This document shows, in pieces, positions 46,427-51,838 of a stretch of 51,838 nucleotides of DNA. The position numbers and the translations under genes are program-made. Numbering within the stretch: the first letter of the stretch is position 1; the number at the start of each line of letters is the position of its first letter. Source of the stretch: an uncultured bacterium. GTDB lineage: Bacteria > Patescibacteriota > Microgenomatia > UBA1400 > PJMF01. The stretch lies in assembly GCA_903959355.1 (NCBI GenBank), contig CAJBWJ010000032.1, positions 1 through 51,838 of the forward strand, in the 5' to 3' direction. The notes under the pieces are model-generated. The model was not told the DNA's origin. It did no database searches and saw only the letters and a list, made by a program, of their open reading frames with translations.

Positions 46427-48534
46427 TTTCCAACTAGTGTTTGATCAGAAGTAAGAGCACCATCTTGAATGGCGGTTTCAGCGTCCTGCTGGTTCAATAG
46501 GGTAGATAATCCAGAGTCAGAACTTATACTTGGAAGAGTGAATGCATTTGCTGAATCGCTAGCTTGTTTTGGTTTTGAAATGGTTGAATTGATTGAAGTA
46601 TCTTGTGGAGCGGATCCTTTAGCAGCATTAGATTTAGCAGCTTCAATTTGTGCATTAACTGCATTCAAATCCTTTTCAATTGTTTTATAGTTCTCAGAAT
46701 CTTTTTCTAATAAAGCCAAGGTTTTGGTTAGAGAAACTTGAGCTTCAGTCCACTGCTTATTGGCGATTAATGCTTGAGCTAGATAATAATGCGCAGTTTG
46801 AAGATCTGCTTTTCTTTCTACCGCCTGAGTAAAGAAAGTAATTGCATTTGGATAATCTTTGCTATTCATGAAAAGTTGTCCCATCGCTAGTCTTAATTCT
46901 GGGCTGTTAGGGTTATATGTGATTGCCTTAGCTAGAGCATTAAAAGCTTCTTGCTGAGCTTGATCAGTAGTACCCAATAATTGCATGTAGATCTGTGATA
47001 AAGCATACCAATTCTGGTAGTTCAAAGGGCCTAAAACGGTTGCGGCTTTAGCTTCAGTGATAGATTGGTTAACTAACTGCAAAACCTGCTCTTGTTCGGT
47101 TGTAGTAGCATCAGTTTTATTGGACATGGCAATAGCGATATTCAAATTAATGATAGCGTTATTACGTCTTATGAAGTCAAGCTTTGGTGCTAGAATTTTT
47201 GCCTGGTTGTAATTATTGTAAGCTTTAATAACATCATTATTATTAACATTGACGTTACTTTGGTAGAGTAAATTGTAAGCAACAAATGACTTGCCACTGA
47301 TATAAAGCATCGCGCCGAAGATAGTAATCAATGCTGCATTTGCACTAATTAGAAAGTAGTTTTTAATTTTAGCTAATTTAATTTGATCGTCGTTCAGTTC
47401 AGCATTATTTCCTAAATTAGCAGATGGATAAACATTGAAGCTGGTTTTTTTATATTGATCGCGATTGGAAGCAACGAAACAAGCCAAAGCAATAGCAAGC
47501 AAGGTAAACATAACTAAATTAATAGGGCTGAAGAATTGCCAAATTAATGTGCTGATGACAAATACCTTGAGAAAAACATGTTGATCGTCATTTTTACTGA
47601 CAGTGACGAAAGTTTTCCATAGGAAAAATAAATAAGTAAGTAGGCCAACTGCTCCAAGACTAACAACAAGAGTGAGCGGAAAATTGAAAGCTGAATCAAA
47701 AGTAGTTTGCCAAATATCCAACCCATTAATCCAAACAGGCTTGAGAATATTGAAAGCATTTCCATAGGAATCTGGACCATAGCCGAAGATCGCGTTTTTA
47801 GTTAGGATCAAACTATCTTTGGCGATAGTGGCACTGGCAGTTAAAGAAAGATTTTTGAAATAGGCTTGGCCGCCTGGCAGAACTGCCCAGATATTTATAC
47901 CTAAAGCAATTGCAGCTAATACAGTAACGATTTTATTTAAAAAAGAATTTTTCCAAGATTTTTGATCGAAAACATTGCTAAGTAAAACCACTGATAAGAG
48001 CTGTATGGTTACAAAAGAAAAACCAGTCAAGGTGAAGGACAAGTCGTTGGTTAGTTTCCAAATACTGATTTTATTGATGAAAGAGGATAGTCCGATGCCG
48101 AAAAATTGCAAAATAGATAAGACACTTAATAAAAGAGTAGCAATGTTGATTATTAGAGAAAATTGTTTGTTTAGATTATTTTTATTTAAAATAGATGGGG
48201 CGACAAGGATAATAATAGCAAAACTTAAGTAAATTCCTCCAACACCCAAGAATTGTCCGTTTGGATATTGATGGCCAATCAAACTTGAGATAATTACCAA
48301 AACAGTAAAGATGAGTAGCGGTACGGTGAATGGAGTTACAACAAACTGCCATTTTTTCTTTTGCAAGCTTTGAATGATAAATGCAAAACCACTTGCAAAT
48401 GCAATCAAAAAAGCTAGAGCTAATTTACTGTTGTAAAAAGGATTGATTAAGTATGGAAAAAAGAAAGTTGGTAATAAAAAAGCTATTAACAATAGAAACC
48501 AGGTGAACAGAGTACTCAATTTATTTTCCTTCAT
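46423..48534 (-). CDS. Polytopic membrane protein (O-antigen ligase/oligosaccharyltransferase-like) with C-terminal TPRs
   Basis: About 12 TM helices, loop motif IFGYGPDSY...AFN, and TPR-like C-terminal helices (AITYNPNSP, AHYYLAQAL). Confidence 0.65.
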   Translation of the reverse strand: MKENKLSTLFTWFLLLIAFLLPTFFFPYLINPFYNSKLALAFLIAFASGFAFIIQSLQKKKWQFVVTPFTVPLLIFTVLVIISSLIGHQYPNGQFLGVGGIYLSFAIIILVAPSILNKNNLNKQFSLIINIATLLLSVLSILQFFGIGLSSFINKISIWKLTNDLSFTLTGFSFVTIQLLSVVLLSNVFDQKSWKNSFLNKIVTVLAAIALGINIWAVLPGGQAYFKNLSLTASATIAKDSLILTKNAIFGYGPDSYGNAFNILKPVWINGLDIWQTTFDSAFNFPLTLVVSLGAVGLLTYLFFLWKTFVTVSKNDDQHVFLKVFVISTLIWQFFSPINLVMFTLLAIALACFVASNRDQYKKTSFNVYPSANLGNNAELNDDQIKLAKIKNYFLISANAALITIFGAMLYISGKSFVAYNLLYQSNVNVNNNDVIKAYNNYNQAKILAPKLDFIRRNNAIINLNIAIAMSNKTDATTTEQEQVLQLVNQSITEAKAATVLGPLNYQNWYALSQIYMQLLGTTDQAQQEAFNALAKAITYNPNSPELRLAMGQLFMNSKDYPNAITFFTQAVERKADLQTAHYYLAQALIANKQWTEAQVSLTKTLALLEKDSENYKTIEKDLNAVNAQIEAAKSNAAKGSAPQDTSINSTISKPKQASDSANAFTLPSISSDSGLSTLLNQQDAETAIQDGALTSDQTLVGN

Positions 48535-48561
48535 CGTATGTTAAGATTAAACTATAAAAAG

Positions 48562-49242
48562 ATGAAAAACAAGCCTTCAAATCATCGACAAAAAGGCCTC
48601 ACCTTGATAGAAATTCTCATCGTTGTGGCCATTCTTTTGCTCCTTTTAGTTGCACTTTTTAGGCTGTTTGGCAGCGGAACAAATCGTGCGAGAGATGCGC
48701 AGCGCAAGACAGATTTGAAAAACATTAAATTGGCTTTTGAAGACTACTACAACGACAATCAAAGCTATCCGCCAGTAGAGACTTTATCAGACTGCGGTGG
48801 TGATTCATTGAAACCATATTTGAAAACAGTACCTTGTGACCCAAGTACAGGAGAACCATATCTTTACCTTCCAGCCTTTGGAAATTATAGCTATAGAGTG
48901 CTTAGTATATTGGAAGATTCATCTGATCCAATTATAGAAAAATTAGGTTGTATTGGTGGTTGTGGAGGTATTCCAGAAGGTAATTCTAAATATGCAGACC
49001 GAGAAAAATATGTTTATGCAATTGCAGAAGGGGAACCTCTTGCTCCTGGAGTGACTGCTGCTCCTACAGCTGAGCCTGGGTATTGTGAGACTCATGCCTG
49101 CTACTGTTGTTCTAATTCTGCGTATACAACTTCTCAAGATTGTAATGTTTGGGCAGCTAGTGGCGGTAATAATTGTGACATGGGACCATATTTATTAATT
49201 CCTGATTGTTACGACAATACACCTTGTGTCAGTGATTTTTAA
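48562..49242 (+). CDS. Type IV pilin / GspG-like protein with a Cys-rich C-terminal extension
   Basis: Class III signal KG|LTLIEILIVVAIL, ARDAQRKTDL and YYNDNQSYP. ATG 48562 preferred over 48538. Confidence 0.9.
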   Translation: MKNKPSNHRQKGLTLIEILIVVAILLLLLVALFRLFGSGTNRARDAQRKTDLKNIKLAFEDYYNDNQSYPPVETLSDCGGDSLKPYLKTVPCDPSTGEPYLYLPAFGNYSYRVLSILEDSSDPIIEKLGCIGGCGGIPEGNSKYADREKYVYAIAEGEPLAPGVTAAPTAEPGYCETHACYCCSNSAYTTSQDCNVWAASGGNNCDMGPYLLIPDCYDNTPCVSDF

Positions 49243-49258
49243 ATATAAACTTAAAGTT

Positions 49259-49819
49259 ATGAGGATAAAATCAAACCAAAAAGCTTTTACTTTGCTCGAA
49301 CTTCTTGTAGTGATGGCAATTATGGCAATTTTAACTGTCATCGGCATTCGTGCTTTTGGCACTGTCCAGCAGAAATCCAGAGACAGTCATCGTAAACAGG
49401 GCATGCAGAGCATTAATAAGGCTTTAGAGCTTTATTACAATGACTATAAGCGTTATCCATATTCTTCTTTAGATGGAAAAATTGAAGGTTGTGGAGCAGG
49501 TGCTCTTCAAGCTTGTTCTTGGGGAGATGTCTGGCAAAATACCAGCAATCAAACTTTATATATGAGTGAGTTACCAGTTGATTTGGGAGGTAATCAATAT
49601 TTTTATATAGCAGATAGTCAGGGTAGAAGCTTTAGTCTTTTTACTTACTTAGAAAATACTGAAGACAGTAATGTGGTTAGGGATACTGATGATAACCCGG
49701 CTTATTATAGTGGTACTTCTTGTCGCATCTCGAACGGATCTTTGCTAACAGATAGCTGTAATTATGTAGTAATGAGTTCAAATACAATCACCACTCCAGC
49801 AGTGGTAAGTGGCAACTAA
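49259..49819 (+). CDS. Type IV pilin / GspG-like protein
   Basis: KA|FTLLELLVVMAIMAIL, KSRDSHRK and ALELYYNDYKRYP. Confidence 0.9.
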   Translation: MRIKSNQKAFTLLELLVVMAIMAILTVIGIRAFGTVQQKSRDSHRKQGMQSINKALELYYNDYKRYPYSSLDGKIEGCGAGALQACSWGDVWQNTSNQTLYMSELPVDLGGNQYFYIADSQGRSFSLFTYLENTEDSNVVRDTDDNPAYYSGTSCRISNGSLLTDSCNYVVMSSNTITTPAVVSGN

Positions 49820-49862
49820 TTATGAAAAAAAACGCTTTTACTTTGCTCGAACTTCTTGTAGT
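49283..49862 (+). repeat. 29-nt exact direct repeat at the N-methylation motif of two pilin genes
   Basis: GCTTTTACTTTGCTCGAACTTCTTGTAGT at 49283-49311 and 49834-49862. Confidence 0.9.
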
Positions 49863-50283
49863 AATTTCTATCTTAGGTATTTTGGTGGCCGTGATTTTAC
49901 CAAATTTGGTTGGTGTTCGTGCTCGTGCTCGCGATAGTGCTTTGAAAAATGACATACGTCAGCTCAAGACTGCTTTGCGCATGTATTACAACGACAATCA
50001 AAAATATCCTCCAAGTGATGGTAGTGGTAATATTATTGGCTGTGGAGCTACTGGCGCTTCAGTTTGCCCAAATAATGATGGAAGCTTTGGCATAGGCACT
50101 CTTTTATATATGAAGGAAATGCCAACTAGTGAAGAGTATAGCTACAGCTCAGTTTCAGATGGAGACGATTTTTTGCTTTCAACCTTACTAGAAAATGCTT
50201 CAGACTCTGATATTGAAGATAGCATTGCCCATTGCTTAGTAGAAACTCCAATCGCTTCAAACTATTATGTTTGCGCTGATTAG
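49822..50283 (+). CDS. Type IV pilin / GspG-like protein
   Basis: NA|FTLLELLVVISILGIL, RARDSALKNDI and ALRMYYNDNQKYP. Confidence 0.92.
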   Translation: MKKNAFTLLELLVVISILGILVAVILPNLVGVRARARDSALKNDIRQLKTALRMYYNDNQKYPPSDGSGNIIGCGATGASVCPNNDGSFGIGTLLYMKEMPTSEEYSYSSVSDGDDFLLSTLLENASDSDIEDSIAHCLVETPIASNYYVCAD

Positions 50284-51838
50284 TTAAAATCAATTCCGTT
50301 TAGATTGAGACCGCCTAGATTAAGATCTCCTACACCAAGGTTTAGAGTGTTGGTTGTACACCAGCCTGCGTAGTAAGGAGTTCCAGGAATTGGTCCATTT
50401 ACCATGTATGGAGCTACTCTGTATTGATAGGTGTGATTGCTAGAAATGCTGTTGTCAACAAAGCTAGTAGTGTTGGCGGCAATACCAGTTTGCAAAACTA
50501 TCCAACCGGCGCCATCAACATTACGTTGAACTTCATAGTAATCTTCAGCAGTTGAGCTATCACCCCAAACTACTTCTAATTGATTGTCGGTACTGCCTTC
50601 TTTTACAGAACATGCGCTCGATGTGGTAATACTATCAGTGTTAACGTACTCAGTAACGTAGCGAATAATAACAATTCCAGAGCCACCAGTACCACCAGCA
50701 CCACCGGCACTATATGTATATGGAGCAGAAAGACTTAATATTCCGCCACTTCCGCCACCGCCACCATTACCAGTGTTAGCTGCACCAGCTGTTCCAGCTA
50801 TAGCACCAGTTGATCTGCCACCAGCACCACCGGCAGCATAAGTAACAGCTGCTCCACTAATGCTGTTGCTAGTTCCAGCTCCACCAGCACCAGGTAGAGT
50901 AAGGCCTGTGCCAGCTGCACCAACTGCGCTAGAACCACCACCACCTCCACCAGAAGTACAAGTTGCACCATATGTGCCAAAACCAAGTCCACCATTATTT
51001 CCTTGACCTGCAATACCAGTTCCAACAATTTGATTGGCAGCCATGCTACCTCCACCACTGCCGCCATTTGCGCCAGAAACTCCACCATTACCTCCAGCAC
51101 TTGCTGTTAATGTGGAGAAGGCAGAATTTGCTCCAGCTCCACCAACAGTTACATTGGATGATCCTGCTCCAATTGAGAATGAAGCGTTGTATATTAAGCC
51201 GCCAGCACCAGCACCACCTGCTCCTAGACAATCACTTGTTCCAGTGCCACCGATACCGCCTCCAGCAACAACTAAGACTTGAGCTGTAAGAGCATTGTTG
51301 ACGATAAGAATTCCATTGCTAGTAAAAGTATGAATGGTGTATCCACCAGCATAAGTAATGGTTCCACCAGTAGCCATTTGGCGAACAACTGTAGGATCGA
51401 TAATAATAGGATAAACTCTGTCTTGGCTATTTAACCACTCTGGATCGACGACAAGACTAATATCGTATTTGGTTTCGTTGCCCTTGCTTTTGATTTTAAA
51501 TTGTACGTTGTCGGTGCGATTACCAGCTTTATCTATAGCAAACGGTTTTTCAAAATGAAAAAGATAAATATCATTTTTATCGTAAAAAATAGGGTTGAGA
51601 GTGGTGCCATCTTTTGCTTTTTGAGCATAGGCTCCTTGAAAATTACCTTCAAATGAAAAAATATTGGAATCGTCTTTCTTTTGGCGAGGTTTATTTAAGA
51701 TAATTTCTTCTTTAATACCATTTGGTAAAACTTGATACTGAATGTCGATGTTTTTTTCTACTTCTTTAAAAGTTATTCTCTCTTTATTGTCACTGACAAT
51801 TGAGGTGCTTGTTTTTTCAGTTGGGTAGGAGAATACAA
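50280..51838 (-). CDS. Large surface protein, C-terminal part: WapA/Rhs-N-like domain, glycine-rich domain and FN3 (5' end outside the window)
   Basis: The frame stays open from 51836 through the track ATG at 51377 (…NGIKEEIILN…FEKPFAIDKAG…DPEWLNSQDRVYPIIIDPT…). It continues with IHTFTS..VLVVAGGG…GGSGIVIIRY and FN3-like VVWGDSS…YEVQR…FVDNS…YQYRVAP. Confidence 0.85.
   Translation of the reverse strand, partial: VFSYPTEKTSTSIVSDNKERITFKEVEKNIDIQYQVLPNGIKEEIILNKPRQKKDDSNIFSFEGNFQGAYAQKAKDGTTLNPIFYDKNDIYLFHFEKPFAIDKAGNRTDNVQFKIKSKGNETKYDISLVVDPEWLNSQDRVYPIIIDPTVVRQMATGGTITYAGGYTIHTFTSNGILIVNNALTAQVLVVAGGGIGGTGTSDCLGAGGAGAGGLIYNASFSIGAGSSNVTVGGAGANSAFSTLTASAGGNGGVSGANGGSGGGSMAANQIVGTGIAGQGNNGGLGFGTYGATCTSGGGGGGSSAVGAAGTGLTLPGAGGAGTSNSISGAAVTYAAGGAGGRSTGAIAGTAGAANTGNGGGGGSGGILSLSAPYTYSAGGAGGTGGSGIVIIRYVTEYVNTDSITTSSACSVKEGSTDNQLEVVWGDSSTAEDYYEVQRNVDGAGWIVLQTGIAANTTSFVDNSISSNHTYQYRVAPYMVNGPIPGTPYYAGWCTTNTLNLGVGDLNLGGLNLNGIDFN

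Noticed and set aside
1..51838. CRISPR array, rRNA/tRNA genes, or stop-codon reassignment (code 25)
   Set aside because: No regularly spaced repeats or tRNA/rRNA motifs were seen by eye. Conserved genes are full length in code 11, use TGG for Trp, and TGA acts as a stop (22571, 37131).

Overview
AT-rich chromosomal window around the replication origin of what looks like a Patescibacteria (CPR) bacterium. Gene content suggests Microgenomates; this is inferred, not searched. The left part holds rplY (partial), a DUF4012 protein, rnhA, jag, yidC, yidD, rnpA, rpmH, dnaN, oriC and dnaA. The oriC has a clear DnaA-trio plus DnaA-box unwinding module. Directly upstream of dnaA is a ~21 kb relaxase-free type IV secretion-like locus: VirB4 ATPase, a VirB4-associated protein, PrgI, a giant membrane-anchored M23 peptidase, a 1215-aa orphan, a VirB6-like protein, a large lytic transglycosylase and two Cys-rich VirB2-type pilins. 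A VirD4/TraG-like coupling ATPase lies ~9 kb further on. The rest encodes cell-wall proteins (SpoIID, VanW, YvcK, LysM-M23), radA, rho, obgE, a TPR membrane protein, three type IV pilins and a truncated Gly-rich surface protein. Non-coding highlights: a ~620 bp gap (41081-41703) with convergent consensus promoters and several hairpins (candidate sRNA pair), a recurring -10 box 6-10 nt before start codons (leaderless/short-leader mRNAs), and a 29-nt exact repeat shared by two pilin genes. No rRNA, tRNA, CRISPR array, transposase or integrase was seen. All family calls come from motif recognition by eye.
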